Shown piece after piece: positions 52,841-64,000 of a stretch of 64,000 nt of DNA. Source of the DNA: Antedon mediterranea (taxonomy: Eukaryota > Animalia > Echinodermata). The number at the start of each line of letters is the position of its first letter. Positions within the stretch are counted from its first letter, which is position 1. The translations under genes were made by a program, and so were the position numbers. The DNA is taken from assembly GCF_964355755.1 (NCBI RefSeq), contig NC_092670.1, positions 3,152,201-3,216,200 on the forward strand, in the 5' to 3' direction. The notes beneath the pieces are model-generated. The model worked only from the letters and a program-made list of their open reading frames with translations, did not search any database and was not told the DNA's origin.

Positions 52841-55800
52841 AGAACATAAGATAAGGTCTAACTTGGGTCACTGAGGTCGGACCCCTACATTTAACACATT
52901 CAGACTAGGTGGGTACTATGACATAAGATAAGATCTAACTTGGGTGACTCAGGTAGGACCCCTACATTTAACACATTCAGACTAGGTGGGTACTATAACA
53001 TAAGATATGATCTAACTTGGGTCACTGAGGTTGGACCCCTACATTTAACACATTCAGACTAGGTGGGTACTAGAACATAAGATAAGATCTAACTTGGGTC
53101 ATTGAGGTAGGACCCCTACATTTAACACATTCAGACTAGGTGGGTACTATAACATAAGATATGATCTAACTTGGGTCATTGAGGTAGGACCCCTACATTT
53201 AACACATTCAGACTAGGTGGGTACTAGAACATAAGATAAGATCTAACTTGGGTCACTGAGGTGGGACCCCTACATACAACACATTCAGACTAGGTGGGTA
53301 CTAGAACATAAGATAAGATCTAACTTGGGTCACTGAGGTGGGACCCCTACATACAACACATTCAGACTAGGTGGGTACTAGAACATAAGATAAGATCTAA
53401 CTTGGGTCACTGAGGTGGGACACCTACATTTAACACATTCAGACTAGGTGGGCACTATAACATAAGATAAGATCTAACTTGGGTCACTGAGGTGGGACCC
53501 CTACATTTAACACATTCAGACTGGTGGGTACTATAACATAAGATAAGATCTAACTTGGTCACTGAGGTAGGACCCCTACATTTAACACATTCAGACTAGG
53601 TGGGTACTATAACATAAGATAAGATCTAACTTGGGTGACTGAGGTAGGACCCCTACATACAACACATTCAGACTAGGTGGGTACTAGAACATAAGATAAG
53701 ATCTAACTTGGGTCACTGAGGTTGGACCCCTACATTTAACACATTCAGAATAGCTGGGTACTAGAACATAAGATAAGATCTAACTTGGGTCACTGAGGTT
53801 GGACCGCTACATTTAACACATTCAGACTAGGTGGGTACTAGAACATAAGATAAGATCTAACTTGGGTCACTGAGGTCAGACCCACCCCTACATTTAACAC
53901 ATTCAGACTAGGTGGGTACTAGAACATAAGATAAGATCTAACTTGGGTCATTGAGGTAGGACCCCTACATTTAACACATTCAGACTAGGTGGGTACTAGA
54001 ACATAAGATAAGATCTAACTTGGGTCATTGAGGTAGGACCCCTACATACAACACATTCAGACTAGGTGGGTACTAGACCATAAGATAAGATCTAACTTGG
54101 GTGACTCAGGTAGGACCCCTACATTTAACACATTCAGACTAGGTGGGTACTATAACATAAGATAAGATCTAACTTGGGTCACTGAGGTGGGACCCCTACA
54201 TTTAACACATTCAGACTAGGTGGGTACTAGAACATAAGATAAGATCTAACTTGGGTCACTGAGGTTGGACCCCTACATTTAACACATTCAGACTAGGTGG
54301 GTACTAGAACATAAGATAAGATCTAACTTGGGTCACTGAGGTAGGAACCCTACATTTAACACATTCAGACTAGGTGGGTACTAGAACATAAGATAAGATC
54401 TAACTTGGGTCACTGAGGTGGGACACCTACATTTAACACATTCAGACTAGGTGGGTACTAGAACATAAGATAAGATCTAACTTGGGTCACTGAGGTTGAA
54501 CCCCTACATTTAACACATTCAGACTAGGTGGGTACTAGAACATAAGATAAGATCTAACTTGGGTCACTGAGGTCAGACCCCTACATTTAACACATTCAGA
54601 CTAGGTGGGTACTATAACATAAGATATGATCTAACTTGGGTCACTGAGGTAGGACCCCTACATTTAACACATTCAGACTAGGTGGCTACTAGAACATAAG
54701 ATATGATCTAACTTGGGTCACTGAGGTGGGACCCCTACATACAACACATTCAGACTAGGTGGGTACTAGAACATAAGATAAGATCTAACTTGGGTCACTG
54801 AGGTGGGACACCTACATTTAACACATTCAGACTAGGTGGGTACTATAACATAAGATAAGATCTAACTTGGGTCACTGAGGTGGGACCCCTACATTTAACA
54901 CATTCAGACTGGTGGGTACTATAACATAAGATAAGATCTAACTTGGTCACTGAGGTAGGACCCCTACATTTAACACATTCAGACTAGGTGGGTACTATAA
55001 CATAAGATAAGATCTAACTTGGGTGACTGAGGTAGGACCCCTACATACAACACATTCAGACTAGGTGGGTACTAGAACATAAGATAAGATCTAACTTGGG
55101 TCACTGAGGTTGGACCCCTACATTTAACACATTCAGAATAGCTGGGTACTAGAACATAAGATAAGATCTAACTTGGGTCACTGAGGTTGGACCGCTACAT
55201 TTAACACATTCAGACTAGGTGGGTACTAGAACATAAGATAAGATCTAACTTGGGTCACTGAGGTCAGACCCCTACATTTAACACATTCAGACTAGGTGGG
55301 TACTAGAACATAAGATAAGATCTAACTTGGGTCATTGAGGTAGGACCCCTACATTTAACACATTCAGACTAGGTGGGTACTAGAACATAAGATAAGATCT
55401 AACTTGGGTCATTGAGGTAGGACCCCTACATACAACACATTCAGACTAGGTGGGTACTAGACCATAAGATAAGATCTAACTTGGGTGACTCAGGTAGGAC
55501 CCCTACATTTAACACATTCAGACTAGGTGGGTACTATAACATAAGATAAGATCTAACTTGGGTCACTGAGGTGGGACCCCTACATTTAACACATTCAGAC
55601 TAGGTGGGTACTAGAACATAAGATAAGATCTAACTTGGGTCACTGAGGTTGGACCCCTACATTTAACACATTCAGACTAGGTGGGTACTAGAACATAAGA
55701 TAAGATCTAACTTGGGTCACTGAGGTAGGAACCCTACATTTAACACATTCAGACTAGGTGGGTACTAGAACATAAGATAAGATCTAACTTGGGTCACTGA

Positions 55801-57848
55801 GGTGGGACACCTACATTTAACACATTCAGACTAGGTGGGTACTAGAACATAAGATAAGATCTAACTTGGGTCACTGAGGTTGGACCCCTACATTTAACAC
55901 ATTCAGACTAGGTGGGTACTAGAACATAAGATAAGATCTAACTTGGGTCACTGAGGTTGGACCCCTACATTTAACACATTCAGACTAGGTGGGTACTAGA
56001 ACATAAGATAAGATCTAACTTGGGTCACTGAGGTAGGACCCTATATTTAACACATTCAGACTAGGTGGGTACTAGAACATAAGATAAGATCTAACTTGGG
56101 TCACTGAGGGTGACCCCTACATTTAACACATTCAGACTAGGTGGGTACTAAAACATAAGATAAGATCTAACTTGGGTCACTGAGGTGGGACCCCTACATT
56201 TAACACATTCAGACTAGGTGGGTACTATAACATAAGATATGATCTAACTTGGGTCACTGAGGTAGGACCCCTACATTTAACACATTCAGACTAGGTGGCT
56301 ACTAGAACATAAGATATGATCTAACTTGGGTCACTGAGGTGGGACCCCTACATACAACACATTCAGACTAGGTGGGTACTAGAACATAAGATAAGATCTA
56401 ACTTGGGTCACTGAGGTGGGACACCTACATTTAACACATTCAGACTAGGTGGATACTATAACATAAGATAAGATCTAACTTGGGTCACTGAGGTGGGACC
56501 CCTACATTTAACACATTCAGACTGGTGGGTACTATAACATAAGATAAGATCTAACTTGGTCACTGAGGTAGGACCCCTACATTTAACACATTCAGACTAG
56601 GTGGGTACTATAACATAAGATAAGATCTAACTTGGGTGACTGAGGTAGGACCCCTACATACAACACATTCAGACTAGGTGGGTACTAGAACATAAGATAA
56701 GATCTAACTTGGGTCACTGAGGTTGGACCCCTACATTTAACACATTCAGAATAGCTGGGTACTAGAACATAAGATAAGATCTAACTTGGGTCACTGAGGT
56801 TGGACCGCTACATTTAACACATTCAGACTAGGTGGGTACTAGAACATAAGATAAGATCTAACTTGGGTCACTGAGGTCAGACCCCTACATTTAACACATT
56901 CAGACTAGGTGGGTACTAGAACATAAGATAAGATCTAACTTGGGTCATTGAGGTAGGACCCCTACATTTAACACATTCAGACTAGGTGGGTACTAGAACA
57001 TAAGATAAGATCTAACTTGGGTCATTGAGGTAGGACCCCTACATACAACACATTCAGACTAGGTGGGTACTAGACCATAAGATAAGATCTAACTTGGGTG
57101 ACTCAGGTAGGACCCCTACATTTAACACATTCAGACTAGGTGGGTACTATAACATAAGATAAGATCTAACTTGGGTCACTGAGGTGGGACCCCTACATTT
57201 AACACATTCAGACTAGGTGGGTACTAGAACATAAGATAAGATCTAACTTGGGTCACTGAGGTTGGACCCCTACATTTAACACATTCAGACTAGGTGGGTA
57301 CTAGAACATAAGATAAGATCTAACTTGGGTCACTGAGGTAGGAACCCTACATTTAACACATTCAGACTAGGTGGGTACTAGAACATAAGATAAGATCTAA
57401 CTTGGGTCACTGAGGTGGGACACCTACATTTAACACATTCAGACTAGGTGGGTACTAGAACATAAGATAAGATCTAACTTGGGTCACTGAGGTTGGACCC
57501 CTACATTTAACACATTCAGACTAGGTGGGTACTAGAACATAAGATAAGATCTAACTTGGGTCACTGAGGTTGGACCCCTACATTTAACACATTCAGACTA
57601 GGTGGGTACTAGAACATAAGATAAGATCTAACTTGGGTCACTGAGGTAGGACCCTATATTTAACACATTCAGACTAGGTGGGTACTAGAACATAAGATAA
57701 GATCTAACTTGGGTCACTGAGGTTGGACCCCTACATTTAACACATTCAGACTAGGTGGGTACTAGAACATAAGATAAGATCTAACTTGGGTCACTGAGGT
57801 AGGACCCCTACATACAACACATTCAGACTTGTGGTGGTACTATAACAT
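52841..57848. repeat. 77-bp satellite, ~65 copies, with higher-order repeats
   Basis: Unit AGAACATAAGATAAGATCTAACTTGGGTCACTGAGGTAGGACCCCTACATTTAACACATTCAGACTAGGTGGGTACT. Confidence 0.95.
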
Positions 57849-57929
57849 CCTACGGACCCTAACACACATAGGGTACCTAACGAAGTAAAGTCCTATTTCT
57901 ATCCTAGTGTAACACTAGGATAACGTATC

Positions 57930-59103
57930 TCAACGTATCGGTTTCTATTCTAGTTAGTCTTTTTCTAGCCTAGAATAACGACTTGAAACGTATCTCTTAA
58001 TTTCAATTTAGGGAACACTCTAAAATATCGATTTTCAACGAATCCTTGATAGCAAAGCCTGTACTAATTCACGTATTTCACTAGCGTGATAACAGAGTAC
58101 GACACTTAGCTTTGGTATCTTTTTTTTTAGTAGTAGTTAAGTTCAATTTAGGAATTCTAGGAACGCATCGGTTTCTAGCCTAGAATAACGGCTTGAAACG
58201 TATCTCTTTATTTCTATTTTAGGGAACGCCCTTATATATCGATTTTCAACGAATCACTGATAGCAAAGCCTGTACTAATTCACATATTTCACTAGCGTGA
58301 TAACAGAGTATTCAATTCAATTCAATTCAATTCAAAATTCTTTAATCATCCCACACGGGGCAATTCAAATAAAAAGGTCTGGATTAAAATGATCTTACAA
58401 AATATACAAAATATCACAATACACAGAACAAAATAGAAAAAAAGTCAAGTCAAGGTTCAAGAATTTAAGAGTCGAATAGCCACTGGCAAAAACGAATTCC
58501 TTTTCCGGTTTGTTCTACATGCCGGGCATCGAAAGCGACGCCCATGAGGCATGAGCTCGAAATCACTGAACAAGGCATGGTTAATATTTTTTAGAATAGC
58601 TCTACTTTTTTCTAGAGTTTGCATGTCACAGAAAGAAGATAAGCTACGAAGTTGACAACCTATTAATTTAGAACTTAAGTTAACAATTCTTTGTAGTGAG
58701 TTTTTCTCTTTGACCCTAAGACTAAAAAACCAGCATATAAAGGAAAAAGTTAAAACGTTCTCAATAAAGGAATTATAAAAAACCCTAAGAATTACTTTAT
58801 CGACATTAAAATGGTTCAGCTTCCTTAACAGATAAAGTCTCTGGTGTGCTTTCTAAGAGTACGACACTTAGCTTCGTTATCTTTGCTTCTTAGTAGTTCA
58901 ACTCAGGAATTCTAGGAACGTATTGGTTTCTATTCTAGTTAGTCTTTTTCTAGCCTAGAATAACAACTTGAAACGTATCTCTTATTTTCTATTTTAGGGC
59001 ACACCCTAAAATATCGATTTTCAACGAATCACTGATAGCAAAGCCTGTACTAATTCACATATTTCACTAGCATGATAACAGAGTACGACACTTAGCTTCA
59101 TTA
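57930..59103. repeat. Three diverged ~210-240-bp tandem repeats interrupted by a LINE and a HINE
   Basis: TCTAGCCTAGAATAAC..CTTGAAACGTATCTC..GATAGCAAAGCCTGTACTAATTCAC..GATAACAGAGTA occurs three times. Confidence 0.85.
58311..58855 (-). mobile_element. 5'-truncated Rex1/Babar-clade LINE
   Basis: Minus frame 58853-58457 reads RKAHQRLYLLRKLNHFNV..FYNSFIENVLTFSFICWF..LQRIV..FELMPHGRRFR..TNRKRNSFLPVAIRLLNS*; (TTGAA)n tail; TSD AGAGTA. Confidence 0.88.
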
Positions 59104-60686
59104 TTAGTTATCCGCACTCAGCGGATAACTCCTTGTAACTGTCCTGTTACTTTTTTTTTTTTTTTTTCTTTCTTTCTCCTCTATTTTTGTGTCTCGCGTA
59201 TCTCAAAAACGTGTAAACATAACATGTTATAACTTTGTCAGCATGAGATCATTCAGGTGAAGTTGTGCACCTCCTATTTTTGAATGACGTCAGAGTTGCG
59301 CAACATGACTTACGCGCATTTTTACGAATTTCGCCTATTTAACATAGATTGAAAACCATATAGCAATTTAAATTGAAACTTAACAAAAGTTTAATTGATA
59401 TCTTGCGCTAACTGAATGTGAACAAAAATTGGCATGTTTAACACGAAGTTACGCGTGCACGCGCGTTTAAAATTTCAAAATGCGAAAAATCAATATCTAA
59501 TCAACTTTCCACGCGTTTCATGTCATTTAGAGCATGTAAAAAATTCCCACGTGCGCTCAAATTTTTACGCGCGCGGTACGCACGTAGCGTTGAAAACAAT
59601 TTTTTTTCGCGTGATTTATGTTTTTCCAGCCTTTTCTAGTAATTTTACCAACTTTTGAACAATTTCGACTTAAAATTACGTCATACGGGCACGTTGAATT
59701 GGATAATTTACGTGCATTTTTGATGAAAAAGTTAAAAAAATCGTCAAAATTTGTCAAAATTTTGCCCTTTTTTAAACAGTCGTAGTTCCTAAACTAAACG
59801 GTGAAAGTAATTTTTTTTGCATATTCTGAAAGTTGATGAGTTGTAGATTTTGGATCATGCATTAATATGGCTAACCGAACATTTTGACGTCACCGTATGG
59901 CCATGCGAATATAAAATATAGGATTTTTGTATCTTTCATCATAGCGCATGACATTTAATAGAGCGCATCTCCAATTATCTGTTTTCCATTTTTACCCCGA
60001 TTTTTATATTATCTAGGTCAATCAACTATCTTTCGTATGAGTTAAAAATATTTTAATTTTTATGACGTCATCATGTCTAAAAATGTAAATAACGTGGGTC
60101 ACTTATTTTCGTCTTTACAGTAAATTTCAATCTGTTATAGCTCGTCAGAATAAAACGTGATAATCATGATTAAAACGTTTTCTGGAAGCTATTGGTTTGT
60201 AAATACGAATTTATGTAAACATTTTGCCAATCGGATGTTGTGACGTCATCATATGACCAGTTAAATAAAAAAAGTTGTTTTTTCATCTTTTGCGTCATAA
60301 TTCATCACATTTAAAAGAGCGCGCATCAATATTTTACGTATTTAAATTTCTTCTACACATTAATATGTTGTTGCCGAGATAATTTCCTTCCGAAATTGCT
60401 ATCTTAGTGTTTCATTTTGATACCGTCGCTATGTTAAAAATTGGAATAAATGGCGGGTCCAGTCATTTCACCTATTCTACACTGTATGTAATATGTATAC
60501 AGATTATATTGTATATTTAATATGACACAAAATAACAGAATTCAGCAATAACAACATATCATATTCTTCAGTTCAGGTCATATTGCCATAATCTTTTTCT
60601 GTGTGCAATATTCTAACGTATGACGTCTACGTGGCCTTTGTCGTGCGGATAACTAACTCGTCAAAGTGACGAGTTACATGTCTAGT
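59104..60686 (+). mobile_element. Solo full-length HINE, subfamily B-like
   Basis: TTAGTTATCCGC-ACTCA-GCGGATAACT...GTGCGGATAACTAA CTCGTCAAAGTGACGAG TTACATGTCTAG; inserted at A|T without TSD. Confidence 0.85.
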
Positions 60687-61135
60687 CTTATTTTTTTTCC
60701 ATTCAGGAATTCTTCAGTTCGTTTCTTGTTGATGTACACACACAACAGTGTTAAAAGAAATGATGACAATCTGAGGTAGGTGTGTCTCATTAGAGTGCAA
60801 TGTTGAATGAACTATACCCTAATAGGGGGGGGGGGTGGAGGTGGGGTGTTGATATGGTTATTTATGTTAAAGTTCTTCTTGTAATAGTTTCCGCTCTTCG
60901 GGGAGAGAGGGGCTATCCAATGCTGGAGGCCTTGGACGTTTTAAGCCTTTTTTGGCATATTTTAATGCCCAGTTTTCCTCTGGGCACTGCTAAGGGGCCC
61001 CAATAAGCTCCAGTGACCCTGGGTTTACCCAGTGAGCACTCATAGCCGTCACTGCATGTAAGCTCTACTCACAGACTACCAACACCACAGTTGGTTTGTG
61101 TAGTCTAACTTGGGTCATTGAAGGAATGGAAATAA

Positions 61136-61331
61136 ACTATCTAAAATCATCAATGCATTAACTTCAATAATCATTTTCTTTTCATCAAGTCTCTTAATGA
61201 ATTCATTCATCTTGTCTGCCACTCTTGAACTTGCTGATTACCAGTTTTATCTTGTTTAAATTTCTTTGGGAATGTTCGTCACACCTTTTAGATACTGTTA
61301 ACAATTCATTGAAGTCCAGGGGCTGATAATT
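61136..61331 (-). pseudogene. Decayed DED-like exon / probable terminal exon of the second DED gene
   Basis: Acceptor TTGTTGTAG. Phase-1 reading gives KLSAPGLQ* (stop at 61306-61308); other frames retain SKRCDEH..LNKIKLV and EFIKRLDEKKMI, similar to the 62690-63214 exon. Confidence 0.45.
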
Positions 61332-61985
61332 CTACAACAAAGTAAAGACAAATTGCTATGTTTTTTGTTTTTTTTTATATATATAAATTTATAATAAATT
61401 TGAAAAATATAAAAAATGGAAAAATTTTTTTTTTTATTAAAATACCGTAACAATAACTTAATTTTTTAATTCAATAATTAAATTTTGCCATAAAATTTAC
61501 TGCTGGCCTAGGTATCTATGCGCTCGCATCGCGTGGCTAGCTTATAGGCATGCCTGGAGACGGCGTATAATCTAAGACCACAGCATTGACTTCATATTGC
61601 AATGATCTTAAATCTAAGACCATCGTTGCCAAGGGTTTCATGGGGTCTTAAGCCTATTCTAAGAGTAGGCTTAAGACCTTTATTGCAATCCACCCCTGAT
61701 ATTTTCGCCCATGAGTTAGATGTATCTGTATATACCATACTGTAAACAGTCTATAAAATGCCTCAATACAATCAAATAAGAACTGTAACTCACAATTAAT
61801 AAATATTAATGTGAACTAGGAATTACAATTCTGCAATAAAAGTCTAAATAAGTAGAAGGGCTCCTCCCCAACTCAGAAATTTCTAATTTATGTGTTGGAA
61901 ATTGTGTTTGTAATTGTGTAATAAAAATTATTGCATAATTTGAGTAGAAAATTGACACCACTACCCTATTAACTATAAAACATAC

Positions 61986-62030
61986 TTTCTGCATTGCTTG
62001 ATGGTCCAGCTTTACTTCTTGATTGTTTAC
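61986..62030 (-). CDS. 45-bp phase 1-1 linker exon (GKQSRSKAGPSSNAE)
   Basis: TTTTTAG|...|GTATG splice sites; paralog of 63669-63713. Confidence 0.65.
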
Positions 62031-62689
62031 CTAAAAAGAAAGTATTTTAGGACAGTAATTACAATATCCATGTTGATAAATAGTACGAACTATACAACAT
62101 TTTTTTTAAACTTCTAAGAGACATTTTGAATTAATCAACAACATAAAATATTAAGATGTAGTTTGGTTCTTTAAATTTAAAGAACCAAACTCCCGACCAA
62201 ACTGTTAAAAAAGTTGCAAAATGGCATTGAAATCATTCACTAAAGTACCACATCAGAACATAAATCAAACTACAGTTATATCATTGTTATTAAATTATGA
62301 AATAGGTGTATACTTAATTACAAAGTAATCTAAATATACTAAATTGAAGAAGTAAATGTTAGGCTACACATTATTTAAGCCAAAGACACTATGGGTTGCA
62401 ACCATATTCAATGGTGTCATTGAAAAAATTAGGTGTATCAATGTGATATCTTATACTGAAGTAGTTGTGAGGTGTGTTTTGTATATTAAAGTTCATATAC
62501 ATTTTACATTATAAAGTACAAAAAAGTAAAATTTGTGTTATTTGTTTGTGCGTCATTGAATTTGAATATATATACGAATGCATTGGAACATAAAAAAAAT
62601 AATTGTTTAGTATTTAAAAACATTACAGATGCTCTCATTGTATGATGTAAATTCCAAAGCTATATAGATTATGTTAAGTGGCGCAATAC

Positions 62690-63214
62690 CTTTTAGAACT
62701 TGGACAGGCCTTATAAGTTGTAGGAGCTTTATGCTGTCAATAAATGGTTGCATATCTTCCTCACAAATTGTGTTTTTTTCCTCAAGGTCCATAATCAAAT
62801 GCCATTTATCCTCATAATTCTGTTTTGCTTCATTAAAATGTGTATTCATTTTCTGCATATCTTTATTGGTTAGACTATCTCCAAACTCTATCAACATCAG
62901 TCTGTGTGGAGTCAACTTTGAAATTACAATATCCCTAACATTTGGGAAGGCTCCGATTTTCTCTTTAATTTTTCTTGCCAATCCAAATTGTTCTGTTACT
63001 TTTATGGTTTCATAAAACAAAGTTAAGTCATGGCTTGTCAGATGTTCTCTGTCCATTAAGGAATTTAGTAGCTCAGTTGTGTTGGATGCTTCATCTAACT
63101 CACCAGTTGGCAGGAGATCTTTATACAAAAGTTTCAGTTTATTGAGTAAATGACGATGATCATACCACTCTGAACAGTTTACTTTAATAAGTTCAAAGTT
63201 AGGATCAGGAATGT
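62690..63214 (-). CDS. 525-bp symmetric (1-1) exon encoding tandem DED-like domains
   Basis: Acceptor TTTTCATAG, donor AAAG|GTATTG; LNKLKLLYKDLL..TTELLNSLMDREHLTSHDLTLF and LTPHRLMLIEFGDSLTNKDM..WHLIMDLEEKNTI. Confidence 0.75.
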
Positions 63215-63668
63215 CTATGAAAATAAAAAAAAACATATATTTAAAATACTATTACAGGCTAAGAATAAGTATAAATTTAATATTATAATCAAACAAAAAT
63301 TTTCTAAAACTTTTGTCAGAATTTAAAGCTATGGTAATGGTAACTTTATAGGAATAGAGTGTAATACATGTTGCAATGATATAATCCTAAATTTATAAAA
63401 TGAAATTGCTAATGAAATATTGCAGTCATCAATAAAGCTTTCAAATATTGTTGAATATTAAATTCCACTAGACATTGTAGTTGTATAAGTTTAAAAACTT
63501 AATAACTAAAAATGAATAATATCTGCAAAGTCTATTCCTAAATTATGTGTTTGTTGGTAATTGTATTAGCTTAAATTGTAGGAAATCAAATTCAGTTAAG
63601 AAGGTGACATCCTCATTGCACAAATTAAGTAGAATATTGGCACCCCAATCCTATTGAAATAAACATAC

Positions 63669-63713
63669 TTTCTGCATTGCTTGATGGTCCAGCTTCACTT
63701 CTTGATCGTTCAC
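63669..63713 (-). CDS. 45-bp phase 1-1 linker exon (GERSRSEAGPSSNAE)
   Basis: TTTATAG|...|GTATG; paralog of 61986-62030 including intron flank AGTATTTTAGGACAGTAATTA. Confidence 0.65.
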
Positions 63714-64000
63714 CTATAAAATAGTATTTTAGGACAGTAATTAAAATATACATGTTTATGAATACTATTACTATATACATTTTTTACAATTAATAACATT
63801 TTTTCCTGCAAACCAAACTACTACAGATGACCTAAATGAAATTATATGCTATTGGTAATTATTATTGTATTAAATAATGTTAGAAGTTGTACAAATTTGA
63901 TTTAATTTAGATTATAATAAATAATGTTACCACAATAACCAAGTGACATAATTTATGTATCCATATACAAAACTTTCTAACTTATGTTTGTTGGAAATTT

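Overview
AT-rich, intron-containing animal genomic DNA, probably a marine invertebrate (echinoderm is a guess from TAGGCCTA-rich tracts and tandem-DED exons). It is dominated by transposons and tandem repeats. Positions 1-20742 look like a ~1.55-kb tandem repeat but parse as a nested stack of non-autonomous Helentron/Helitron2-type elements (HINEs). These repeatedly inserted into the microsatellite spacer beside their own 5' terminal hairpin, so the displaced termini pile up as CRISPR-like arrays at 13793-14113 and 20500-20742. Downstream are a Kolobok-like host element, an IS3EU-like element filled with a 21-bp minisatellite, and a ~4-kb tandem duplication polymorphic for a TTAA MITE. Next come three Harbinger-like derivatives, an anticodon-less tRNA-like sequence and a tandem death-effector-domain (DED) exon. 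A 9.5-kb CMC/EnSpm-like element contains an Academ element, which in turn contains a MULE-like MITE. The right end holds a 77-bp satellite with higher-order structure, a 5'-truncated Rex1/Babar LINE, a solo HINE and part of a second DED gene. All calls were read by eye; coordinates may be off by a few bases and no database searches were run.
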